A stretch of 43,253 bases of DNA from NCBI GenBank assembly GCA_016931215.1, contig JAFGFD010000090.1, forward strand, positions 1-43,253, written 5' to 3'. Within the stretch, counting starts at the first letter, position 1. Each line of letters starts with the position of its first letter. This document shows positions 26,740 to 35,719 of this stretch, one piece after another. The notes below the pieces were generated by a model. That model made no database searches and had not been told where the DNA came from. It saw only the letters and a program-made list of their open reading frames with translations. Origin of the DNA: Candidatus Omnitrophota bacterium. GTDB lineage: Bacteria > Omnitrophota > Gorgyraeia > JAHIPI01. The translations under genes were made by a program, and so were the position numbers.

Positions 26740-27651
26740 ATGACGAAGATCCTTTATGTAATCAACCGCAATCCATTTAGAGGCCACGGAAACGAGGTGT
26801 GGATGAAATTCCGTTCGTTATGGCCCGAAAAGGTGCGACCGGAAGATATCATTATGACAAGGTGGCCCGGTCACGCCAGAGATATAGCGGCTCGTAGTAA
26901 GGGATATGATGTTATCGCCTCGTTCGGAGGTGACGGCACCGCTAGTGATGTATTGTCAGGAATCATGGACCATAAAGAGCCCAGGCCCGCACTGGCTATC
27001 TTCCCTGGCGGAACGACCAATTTAATGACGTACAATCTGGGAATAAGATCAATCGAAGATGGAATAGAGCTATTGCGCCAGGGGTACACGAGGTTTTTTG
27101 ATATTATGCGGGTTGACTGCAGGGTTAATGGACGCCCCTCCCATAAATATTCTTTCCTTGCCTGCAACGCTGGATTTGCGGCAATATCATATAGAATGCT
27201 TGGCCCATGGATGGAACATTTTTTTGGTTCAAGGCTGGCACGTTATCTAAGGGCCATTATGGGTATTGTCATGTATAGGCCTACGCACGTTACTATGAGA
27301 TATGATGGACAGGAATACAGCGGTTACACAAAAGCGGTTCTTATCGGCAATGCCGAATGGATATTAGAAGACGATTTGCCTGCTACTCCAGTTATGGGTT
27401 TCGATGATGGTGAATTGAATGTTACTATTATACCGGCTCAGACGAAATTAAGGGATTTTTCAAACATATCTAAGGTCGCCGTGGGTAGGAACATCAAGGA
27501 AAAAGGGGTCTTATATTTTCCAGCGAAGCAAAGCGAAATAAAAAGTAATCCTCCGACAGGCTTGGCGATAGACGGAGAGTTTTATGGCACCACTCCGGCC
27601 ACGATAACCCTTTGTCCGCGCGCTATCAAAGTTGTATCTGCGAAGATGTAA
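26740..27651 (+). CDS. Diacylglycerol/lipid kinase family protein (DAGK catalytic domain, YegS-like)
   Basis: 303 aa. ASFGGDGTASDVLSG motif. Confidence 0.8.
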   Translation: MTKILYVINRNPFRGHGNEVWMKFRSLWPEKVRPEDIIMTRWPGHARDIAARSKGYDVIASFGGDGTASDVLSGIMDHKEPRPALAIFPGGTTNLMTYNLGIRSIEDGIELLRQGYTRFFDIMRVDCRVNGRPSHKYSFLACNAGFAAISYRMLGPWMEHFFGSRLARYLRAIMGIVMYRPTHVTMRYDGQEYSGYTKAVLIGNAEWILEDDLPATPVMGFDDGELNVTIIPAQTKLRDFSNISKVAVGRNIKEKGVLYFPAKQSEIKSNPPTGLAIDGEFYGTTPATITLCPRAIKVVSAKM

Positions 27652-27657
27652 TTAAAT

Positions 27658-28068
27658 ATGAGTAACAGTATAAATACAGGGGGAAAAAGCAGAATAGTTA
27701 TAAGGGCAGTAGCTGTCATAGAGATAGTAATAGGCTTATATATTTCTCTAAGTTTTATCATTGCCTCTTTAATTACTCCTCCGGGGAGACCAAAGACCGT
27801 ATATGGATTTGTTGTTGTAACCAGCTTGATCTCTATAATAATGGGAATAGGATTATACCGATACAAGAATTGGGCGAAACAATTCCTTATATTTTTTGCC
27901 GGTTATATAATATTTACTAAGTTTCTACTATTTTCAAATCTGGTAGAATTTACAGGCGACACTATAAATTTTATTTCCATAGATTTAAAAGACGTTATTT
28001 CATTTATATATCATTTTTTTATTTTGCTCGTCTTTAATCTGAAAATAATAAAGAAAGAATTACGGTAA
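27658..28068 (+). CDS. Small 4-TM membrane protein, unknown function
   Basis: 136 aa, strongly hydrophobic. Lies 6 nt after the kinase gene. Confidence 0.45.
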   Translation: MSNSINTGGKSRIVIRAVAVIEIVIGLYISLSFIIASLITPPGRPKTVYGFVVVTSLISIIMGIGLYRYKNWAKQFLIFFAGYIIFTKFLLFSNLVEFTGDTINFISIDLKDVISFIYHFFILLVFNLKIIKKELR

Positions 28069-28115
28069 TAAAAGGATTAGTCCGTAACCTTTCCGATTAT
28101 CGTAATGCGAATGAT

Positions 28116-29687
28116 ATGCTTGAGTTATCGAAAAAAAGACATAGATTAAGGATTATAATACCGTCCTACCCGATGTTCAATATCTACTCTCGTAACGCAG
28201 CACGGACTACGGCGTTGGGCCCCATCTGCGTGGCAACAGCCGTGAATAAAATGGAAGAATGGGATGTTGAGGTCATTGATGAGAACAACCTCCGTTGGTA
28301 CGGACCCAAAGCGGATTTGGTCGGAGCCGATCATGAATTTTTACAGAGGTTGAGGCCTGTGGATGTCGTCGGGTTTTATGGAGGTTTGACGAGTACCATT
28401 CCAAGGCTCTACAAAATAGCACATTTTTACAAAACTAAAGGTATTCCGACCATTGCAGGGGGCCAGCATTTTGTCGGAGAGAATATAGACGAAGCCTTGT
28501 CTTCCAGTATTGATTACGTCGTTAGAGGGGAGGGAGAGGACAGCATCAAGGAGCTTTTGCAAGCTTTAACAGGGAAACGCGATTTTACCGAAATCAAGGG
28601 AATCGCTTATAGAAAAGACGGAAAAACTTTTCTTACGCCAGAAAGAGAACCTATAACTGATTTTGACAGACTGCCTCTACCTGATTTCTCATTGGTGCGA
28701 TATGCCAAAATGGCAGTCTATCCGGTTGAGCGGATACGAGGATGCGGGATGGATTGCGAGTTTTGCACCGTTAAAGGCAAACCGAGATACGCCTCTCCTG
28801 AACGATTACTTGAACGGATCAGCTTTCTTGTAGAAACGAAAGATGCAAGGAAATTCTTTATTGTCGATGATCTTTTTGGACAGCAACGGGAGGAGACTAT
28901 AAGATTTTGTAATATGCTTAAAGATTACCAGAAAGAAATTGGGAGACGGCTGGGTTTCGGCGTCCAGATACGATTGGATAAGGCGAAAGATAAGGAGCTC
29001 CTTTCTGCTATGCGAGGGGCAGGAATTAATTTTGTAGCCATTGGCTATGAATCTCCTATCGAAAAAGAATTAAAGGCAATGAATAAACATCTTAAGCCGG
29101 AAGAGATGTTGGAACTTACAAAAATATTCCGCAAATTCAGGTTTATGGTGCATGGTATGTTTATTTTTGGCTATCCGATGAAAGAAGGTGTGGACTTCAA
29201 AATGGCAGCAAAGGAACGGGTGGCGTACTTTAAAGATTTTATCCATAAGTCCAAAATTGATACAGTTCAAGTTCTACTTCCGGTTCCATTGCCAGGGACA
29301 GAGCTGAGAGATAGGCTTAAGAAGCAAAACAGGATTTATCCCGTCCAAAATGTAGGATGGGAATATTATGACGGCAACTACCCTCTTTTTGAACCGGACG
29401 ATCCCATGACTGCCGAAGAAATGCAGGCAGCTTCAAGGGGCATCATGAACGGCATATACCAGTTTAAAAACATGTTTTTTGTAGGCTTGAATATCCTTGC
29501 TTTTCCATACCTGGTTTTCTTCTTACATGATATTAAAACGGGGTGGAAAAAGTGGTTTAGGCCCTGGCGAAATTATGTAGTTCGTTTTGGAGGTTGGATC
29601 ACCATGAAGAGATGGGCATCAGAATTTAAAAAAGATGACTTCTACCAGAAATTACAGCAAGCAAAAGAGCATTTAAAGAATCAATAA
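28116..29687 (+). CDS. B12-binding-domain radical SAM enzyme
   Basis: 523 aa. N-terminal cobalamin-binding-like Rossmann domain, CGMDCEFC (CxxxCxxC) cluster motif, and a hydrophobic helix near the C-terminus (FFVGLNILAFPYLVFFL). Confidence 0.85.
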   Translation: MLELSKKRHRLRIIIPSYPMFNIYSRNAARTTALGPICVATAVNKMEEWDVEVIDENNLRWYGPKADLVGADHEFLQRLRPVDVVGFYGGLTSTIPRLYKIAHFYKTKGIPTIAGGQHFVGENIDEALSSSIDYVVRGEGEDSIKELLQALTGKRDFTEIKGIAYRKDGKTFLTPEREPITDFDRLPLPDFSLVRYAKMAVYPVERIRGCGMDCEFCTVKGKPRYASPERLLERISFLVETKDARKFFIVDDLFGQQREETIRFCNMLKDYQKEIGRRLGFGVQIRLDKAKDKELLSAMRGAGINFVAIGYESPIEKELKAMNKHLKPEEMLELTKIFRKFRFMVHGMFIFGYPMKEGVDFKMAAKERVAYFKDFIHKSKIDTVQVLLPVPLPGTELRDRLKKQNRIYPVQNVGWEYYDGNYPLFEPDDPMTAEEMQAASRGIMNGIYQFKNMFFVGLNILAFPYLVFFLHDIKTGWKKWFRPWRNYVVRFGGWITMKRWASEFKKDDFYQKLQQAKEHLKNQ

Positions 29688-29774
29688 GGATTAGTGCCCA
29701 AATTGTGCCCACCTGACTCAGTAACACCTGTGTACATCTGCAAACAAATGTAAACATCCGCACAGCTTAATTTC

Positions 29775-29813
29775 TTGACAATAAAAGAGTTATGTTATAA
29801 GCTGTTTATCGAC
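29775..29813 (+). promoter_or_regulatory. Conserved promoter-like motif, copy 1
   Basis: cTTGACA, 15 nt, TATAAG (or 17 nt, TAAGCT), followed by ctgtttatcgac. Lies ~80 nt upstream of the lipoprotein/tspO pair. Confidence 0.45.
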
Positions 29814-29890
29814 GGGGAGTAAGGATTTATACTTGATTGACTACCTGCCTCTACGCCAGATTTTGAAATATTAAATCCCTATATTATCTT

Positions 29891-30070
29891 ATGCATTTTA
29901 TGGTCACGAAAATTAAAATATTGATTTTGTTGGCGCTACTGATTTTTATTTACGGGTGCTCTTTTACATTGCACAAAAGAGAAAGAGATGAAACTAAGCC
30001 GGCAGATCAAGGCAGTGAGACGAAATTAGAATTAAGAGGGCCAAGAGCCGTAATAAAACACGAATTTTAA
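29891..30070 (+). CDS. Small putative lipoprotein (59 aa; below the ORF-track cutoff)
   Basis: MHFMVTKIKILILLALLIFIYGC has a signal peptide and lipobox-like IYGC. Its stop lies 1 nt before the tspO ATG. Confidence 0.35.
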   Translation: MHFMVTKIKILILLALLIFIYGCSFTLHKRERDETKPADQGSETKLELRGPRAVIKHEF

Positions 30071-30071
30071 T

Positions 30072-30560
30072 ATGCGCGAAAAAATAATAAAAGACTTATG
30101 GAAGCTTATTATCAGTCTGCTTATATGCCAGGCCGCAGGCATTATCGGGTCTTTTTTTACTGCACAATCAGTAACTACGTGGTATTTGGATATGCGGAAA
30201 CCGTTTTTTACGCCGCCTAATTATATTTTTGCTCCGGTTTGGTTTCTTTTGTATTTACTGATGGGAATCGCATTTTTTCTTGTATGGCGCATAAAGATGG
30301 ATCCTAGCAAATTGAGAGCCGCTTTTGCGATATTCATCACACAGTTATTGTTAAACAGCACTTGGTCCATAGCTTTTTTTGGATTTAAGTCCCCAATGGC
30401 GGGACTTATCGTAATCGTTGCACTGTGGTTGGCAATATGTTATACGATCATTATTTTTAGAAAGATTTCATTAACGGCAGCAATGTTACTTATTCCTTAT
30501 ATATTATGGGTAAGTTTTGCCGTTTTTCTAAATGGAGCCATTTTTGTGCTCAATAAATGA
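30072..30560 (+). CDS. tspO: TspO/MBR family tryptophan-rich sensory protein
   Basis: 162 aa, 5 TM helices. FFTPPNYIFAPVWFLLYLLMG and NS.WS..FF motifs. Confidence 0.9.
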   Translation: MREKIIKDLWKLIISLLICQAAGIIGSFFTAQSVTTWYLDMRKPFFTPPNYIFAPVWFLLYLLMGIAFFLVWRIKMDPSKLRAAFAIFITQLLLNSTWSIAFFGFKSPMAGLIVIVALWLAICYTIIIFRKISLTAAMLLIPYILWVSFAVFLNGAIFVLNK

Positions 30561-30643
30561 GTTATGGTGCTCAAACGGTGCCCAAAAAAGGCGGCAGTAG
30601 ACAAAAACAGAGAAAAGCAGAGGAATGTAATGACGCCCATTAG

Positions 30644-30906
30644 TCAAGCACTTTTTAAGTTAGAACACAGCTCTTTGTTAATATAGTTTTCATGGTACTG
30701 TTTAGGCGTCATATTGCCAAGCGACTGGTGCGGATAGTCCGTGTTATACGCCTCGATCCATTTGTTTAAAGCGACTTCAAAGTCGAACGGGTTATCCCAT
30801 TCATAAGGCCATACCAAGTCCTCTTTGATGGTGCGCATGACACGTTCGGTATCCGAATTGCCTTTGGGATTTGACCATGTGGTAAATATCTGCTTAATAC
30901 CAAAAA
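30644..30906 (-). pseudogene. Remnant of an IS3/IS481-type DDE transposase (C-terminal part of the rve integrase core only)
   Basis: ...NPKGNSDTERVMRTIKEDLVW....F..ALNKWIEAYNTDYPHQSLGNMTPKQY matches the end of rve-domain transposases. The upstream part of the 154-aa ORF has no transposase character. No N-terminal HTH domain or inverted repeats were seen. Confidence 0.65.
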
Positions 30907-31214
30907 GCGAGGTGATATCAGAAGCCTTGTTTTCATTCCTGAAGGAGCAAAATCTAATAAAAGCTGTAAAATAAGTCAGTCTTTTATACAGCTCGCAGAT
31001 TAAAACCCTCAATATTAGTCCGCCCGTTAGATAATATAGATCAGACCTATAAGCGTAAATTTGACTTGTTTTTTTATGTAACGCTATATGTAATAAGCGG
31101 TTACGCAAATTAATCCATACTTTTCTTGTAACCGTTAAGATTTTAATGTATACTATATTTAAGAAGGGCAGAGACTAAAGAGTTCTGTCCATTTTTTATT
31201 ATAAGGGGTATAAC

Positions 31215-31586
31215 ATGCTTGAAAAGAAAAGAATACTGATTATTGAAGATGAAAAGACCTTTGCGGAACTGGTCAAAATGAATCTTGAGCTGACCGGTGT
31301 ATACGATGTCAATATCGCCTTGGACGGAAATAGCGGTTTGGATAGAGTGAAAAAAGAAAGGCCCGACCTCGTAATTTTGGATTTGTCTCTTCCGGGCATG
31401 CCGGGAGAGGAGATCTGCAGAGAGATAAGGAGGGACAAGGAGATTTCCAAGATGCCCGTTATTATGTTAACAGGCAAGAGTCGGGATGCCGAACGTATTG
31501 TTGGAAGAGTGATCGGCGCAGATGCCTACCTTACGAAACCCGCAGATATTCGCGAAGTGCTCGATGCCATTAGAAAAAATATCTAA
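31215..31586 (+). CDS. Stand-alone response-regulator receiver domain (CheY-like)
   Basis: 123 aa. ILIIEDE, DLVILDLSLPGMPG (phospho-acceptor Asp) and LTKP motifs. No output domain. Confidence 0.9.
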   Translation: MLEKKRILIIEDEKTFAELVKMNLELTGVYDVNIALDGNSGLDRVKKERPDLVILDLSLPGMPGEEICREIRRDKEISKMPVIMLTGKSRDAERIVGRVIGADAYLTKPADIREVLDAIRKNI

Positions 31587-31700
31587 TCTACCAATAACAG
31601 ATCTTTGCCTATAATATCGATATCTCTAAAATCAAAAAAGCATAGCCATTCTAACGACAAAATAACACCACTTGTCCCTGGATATCCGTGATGTAATGCC

Positions 31701-31739
31701 TTGACATTAAACAGATTATGATATACTCTATTTATCGAC
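31701..31739 (+). promoter_or_regulatory. Conserved promoter-like motif, copy 2
   Basis: cTTGACA, 15 nt, TATACT, then ctatttatcgac. Lies ~75 nt upstream of the autotransporter start. Confidence 0.45.
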
Positions 31740-31813
31740 GCTGGCCTGGTAGATTATGTCGGCTGTTTTTGTCGATAGTCCTCTATTACCTTTAACGAGA
31801 CAGGAAACGTTAA

Positions 31814-34705
31814 TTGAAGAAGACATTTATTTTAATAAATATCTTTTTACCTATCTTTTTTTCTATCCCAAATACGCCTCTCGCCTGGTCCTGGGAATTT
31901 GCCGTATTCGGCGATACGCGCGATAACGATGGTGATCCGGGCGTAGCAAGCAACGCCTTGAGCGTGATATTTAACAGTATTGTAACCGACCACGATTGTG
32001 CTTTTGTATTGATCACAGGAGATCTCATATACGGTGAATCAGGGGCGGCCCCTCTTACATTGAACGGCCAATTCCAGTCGTTTAAAGATGTTGCCGCATC
32101 CCAAGGGTTAAAAGTGGCCGGCGAAGAAGGGGAAGGCGTACCTTATTACCCAGTGCGCGGCAATCACGAGACTGTTAACACCGTCTGGGGAACCGATGAT
32201 GTGGAAGCGTGGAAAAGCATTTTCAGCACCTTGCCTCAAGACGGGCCGACCAGTGGTCTCGGGGGTATAGGTGACAGCGAAGTAGGAATGACATACAGTT
32301 TCACCTATGAGAATGCCCTCGTTATGGCAATAGACGAATATGTCAATGACAGATTACACTACTATTGGGTCGAGGATACAATAACGGCCTATCCGAGCGA
32401 GCATGTTTTTTTATTTGGCCATGAACCGGCGTATGAGGTGGTTCACTCCGCATGTCTTGCGGACAATATAGGCGACAGGAGAAATTTACTGACGAGATTT
32501 TACGACGGAGGCGGCACGTTTTACTTCTGCGGTCATGATCATCTGAACGCACTTGCCAGGATATGCGACGAAGACCCCACCAAGGGCGGCACTCAGGGGT
32601 TATATCAGGCTGTCCTGGGCGCGGGAGGGGCTCCGGCGTCCGATTTTGACGGAGAGTACAACAAGGATTATCCCGGCGATTACCCCGTCGAAGGTTTTTA
32701 CCATGACACCGATACTACAAACGGCATACCGTATCATTACGCCTATGCAATAGTTACCGTAGAGGAGGACTTGTTGTGGCTAAAACTCTACGGCACGGAA
32801 TCCGTAGATGATGTAGATTGGGAGTTGCTTTACGTACTTGTCGTAGGCGGAACTTTAGAGTCCGACACCTCTGTATTGACCAGTGATATAGCTAATGACT
32901 CAGTTATAAATTTTAATCAGGGAAGTGACGATACTTATAACGGGATTATCACAGGAACGGGAAGTATTGTTAAAGAAGGATCGGGCAAACTTACTTTTAG
33001 CGGCGACAATACCTACACCGGTACTACCACCGTAGCGGAGGGCGAACTTTCGGTTATTGGCGATCTGTCGGATTCCGATGTGGTTGTAAACTCAAGAGGA
33101 ACCCTTAGCGGCGTTGGACCGCTAAAAAGCCTTACCAGCTATGGCATAGTAAATCCCGGAAATTCTGTGGGGATCCTGGATCTCGGGGGCGGCGATTTTA
33201 CGCAATATGACTCCGGCACCCTTCTTATTGAAATCGATTCGGCAGTAAGTTATGACACAATAGTAAATGTCGATACAGCTACTCTCGGCGGAACGCTTCA
33301 GACGGCCATGACCGGTACTTATGCCGAGGGGACTACTTTAGCAAGCGTTATCGAGACTACGGGAGGAATAACAGGCACCTTTTCGACTTTGCATACGCAA
33401 ATTACGCCGACCATAGTTTGGAAACCAAGCGTCAACGGAAACGACCTGGATTTGGTGGCTACGCGTGATTACAATAACGACTCTTTAAGAGAATGGCTGG
33501 GTGAAAACGGCAGAAGTATCGCGCCGGTATTGGAATCCGTTCTCCAGGCGGCTACAGGGGATTGGGTTACGATTAAGGCTGCCATCGACGGATTGACCAA
33601 TAACGCGGATGCCGTCCGCGCATATTTGGAGATATCTCCGCAAAAGCTGAATAACCTACCGTTCTTTTCATTTAATAACTTCGATCAACAGCTGACCAGC
33701 CTGAATAATCAGATGTATGCACTCCGCATAGGCGGTCTTGGCAATACCGCTTACGCTAAGTTTGACGGTATCGATAGCCGGTCCTTGCGGCATAGCACAT
33801 TGCTTGCTTATGACGGTGATGATTGGGCCAAGTTTGTTCCGGAAAGGACCGCGGAGGAATACGCGGAGGGGAATAGATGGTTTTTGTCTATTAGCGGAAA
33901 TGGAAGTTATGTAAAACGCGATTCAACGGATAATGAGACAGGCTATGAATGCAAGTCGGGAGGAGTCACCGCCCTCTTGAGTTATTTATTTGACGACAGC
34001 CTGCTTATGGGCGTTCATGCCGGCTATAATATATCCGATTCCGATATTGCTTTTTCGGGAGGTAATATTACGCTCGATTCGATTTCGTACGGAATATGCG
34101 CCTCTACATGGAAGAAAGACCTTTATCTCGATACGTCTATAAGCGGTTCTTCCAATTTCTATGATAATGAACGCAATATCTCTTTTGCCGGACTCAACAG
34201 GACCGCAAGATCCGAGACATTCGGTCAACAGGTTAATGTGTACGCCGGAAGTGGATATGACTTTCACATAAAAGACTTGACTATCGGACCTACCGCCACA
34301 ATAGAATATTCAAATGTCTGGATAGATAACTTTTCGGAGACGGGCGCAGGGGTTCTTAATATGAGTTTTGACGGCCAACGGGTCGATTCGGCCCAATTGG
34401 GACTGGGAGGGCGCACATATTATGGAATGGATTGGAAAGGCATAAGCATAACGCCCAAGATTTATGCATCATACCGGCGCGAGCTTCTGAATAACGGAAG
34501 GACCATTACCACCCGCTTGAAACACGGAGGTAACATATTTCAGACGACAGCCGATGGAATCGATAAGGATTTTGCGTTAGTAGGTATGACCCTCTCGATA
34601 GGATTTCAAGGAAAAATGTTTTTTAATGCAGGCTACCAAACTCAATTGGCAAATGAAGATTACAAATTTCACTATTTTGATTGTAGCCTGGATATCTACT
34701 TTTAA
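31814..34705 (+). CDS. Autotransporter with a calcineurin-like metallophosphoesterase passenger
   Basis: 963 aa, TTG start, signal peptide. Phosphoesterase motifs GDTRD, GDLIYG, RGNHE, GHEP, GHDH. PATR repeat GTGSIVKEGSGKLTFSGDNTYTGTTTVAEGELSV. C-terminal ~280-aa beta-barrel ending in F. Confidence 0.85.
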   Translation: MKKTFILINIFLPIFFSIPNTPLAWSWEFAVFGDTRDNDGDPGVASNALSVIFNSIVTDHDCAFVLITGDLIYGESGAAPLTLNGQFQSFKDVAASQGLKVAGEEGEGVPYYPVRGNHETVNTVWGTDDVEAWKSIFSTLPQDGPTSGLGGIGDSEVGMTYSFTYENALVMAIDEYVNDRLHYYWVEDTITAYPSEHVFLFGHEPAYEVVHSACLADNIGDRRNLLTRFYDGGGTFYFCGHDHLNALARICDEDPTKGGTQGLYQAVLGAGGAPASDFDGEYNKDYPGDYPVEGFYHDTDTTNGIPYHYAYAIVTVEEDLLWLKLYGTESVDDVDWELLYVLVVGGTLESDTSVLTSDIANDSVINFNQGSDDTYNGIITGTGSIVKEGSGKLTFSGDNTYTGTTTVAEGELSVIGDLSDSDVVVNSRGTLSGVGPLKSLTSYGIVNPGNSVGILDLGGGDFTQYDSGTLLIEIDSAVSYDTIVNVDTATLGGTLQTAMTGTYAEGTTLASVIETTGGITGTFSTLHTQITPTIVWKPSVNGNDLDLVATRDYNNDSLREWLGENGRSIAPVLESVLQAATGDWVTIKAAIDGLTNNADAVRAYLEISPQKLNNLPFFSFNNFDQQLTSLNNQMYALRIGGLGNTAYAKFDGIDSRSLRHSTLLAYDGDDWAKFVPERTAEEYAEGNRWFLSISGNGSYVKRDSTDNETGYECKSGGVTALLSYLFDDSLLMGVHAGYNISDSDIAFSGGNITLDSISYGICASTWKKDLYLDTSISGSSNFYDNERNISFAGLNRTARSETFGQQVNVYAGSGYDFHIKDLTIGPTATIEYSNVWIDNFSETGAGVLNMSFDGQRVDSAQLGLGGRTYYGMDWKGISITPKIYASYRRELLNNGRTITTRLKHGGNIFQTTADGIDKDFALVGMTLSIGFQGKMFFNAGYQTQLANEDYKFHYFDCSLDIYF

Positions 34706-34862
34706 AGTTTTTTGCTGATTAAGTTGTATAATTTAAAAGCAAGATTTGGTTCAGCAAAATCATATATGGTAACAATTAATAATTGATAAATTATATCCAA
34801 ATTACGGCTACGGCGCGTCATACTTTGCCCATATTGATATCTCATACAGAGACTTATCGCCG

Positions 34863-35303
34863 TTATTTTCCGTAGAGAGCATTTAATTGTTCAACAGTCG
34901 GATTTTTGGGATAATACTCGCCTTGGGGCCCTATATAACCCTCACCCGATTTACGCAATAGAACTTCCGCGTAACTGCCGTTTGAATTTGGTATATTGAT
35001 CGTTATCGTTTCAGCATAAGCGCGCTCGGGCGCCGCAGAAGAGACAATCACTGTACTCGACGACGGCACGACTACGTACTTTGTCTCCCTTTCTTTGGTT
35101 GCCAGACTGCAGCAGTAAAGGAAGGCCAGGCCCCCGAGTATCGGAGAAACATAATAGCATGGATGTATCGGAACTTTTTTGAATTTGGGATGGCATGCCG
35201 TTGAACGATGGTCCCACGCAAGGGCGTTGACGGAATACATGAACAAAGAAATGCTCAAAAGAGTCACTACAAATCTCCTTATAAAGGCCTTTTTATAACC
35301 CAT
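34863..35303 (-). CDS. Hypothetical exported/membrane protein
   Basis: 146 aa. N-terminal signal/anchor, second hydrophobic segment, C-terminal GPQGEYYP..PTVEQLNALYG motif. No named family recognised. Confidence 0.45.
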   Translation of the reverse strand: MGYKKAFIRRFVVTLLSISLFMYSVNALAWDHRSTACHPKFKKVPIHPCYYVSPILGGLAFLYCCSLATKERETKYVVVPSSSTVIVSSAAPERAYAETITINIPNSNGSYAEVLLRKSGEGYIGPQGEYYPKNPTVEQLNALYGK

Positions 35304-35504
35304 ATTTAACCCCCTTTGTTTTACGGACCGTTTTCTTAACGATTAAACAAATGAAACTAGAAAAAGTTCCGCAAAAATATAGAAATATTTCGTTTTCTGG
35401 GATTGACCGGGTTTTATACATGTCGCTATGGCCAAATTTGCCTTGCCCGAGAAAGAAAAAACCTCCTATGCCAATAAACGCCGATATCCATATGCCTTAA
35501 TATC

Positions 35505-35543
35505 TTGACATGAAAGGAGTTGTATTATAAGCTGTTTATTAAC
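35505..35543 (+). promoter_or_regulatory. Conserved promoter-like motif, copy 3
   Basis: cTTGACA, 15 nt, TATAAG, then ctgtttattaac. 24 of 27 nt are identical to copy 1 across gagtt.t.ttataagctgtttat. Lies ~175 nt upstream of the GT2-methyltransferase gene. Confidence 0.45.
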
Positions 35544-35719
35544 AATATATTGCCCATTTGCTCCTTATGAACGGTCTGTTTTTTCCTTGTCAAGCTTGAC
35601 CTCAGAAGATCAGAGTTTGTCAGATTGGATATACGGACTGGCAACGACTGAAAAGACACGGCCCAAACGTAACAGGCCGGGGGCATAGATTTCATATAAT
35701 TAATCTTACGGGTAAAATC

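Noticed and set aside
30644-31108. The 154-aa ORF read as an intact transposase or active IS.
   Set aside because: Only the last ~87 residues resemble an rve-domain C-terminus. The DDE core, the N-terminal HTH and terminal inverted repeats are missing, so this is a remnant and not a mobile element.
34710-34759. ttttgctga / tcagcaaaa inverted repeat after the autotransporter, considered as a terminator.
   Set aside because: It has a 9-bp AT-rich stem and a 32-nt loop, which is too weak and open to call as an intrinsic terminator with any confidence.
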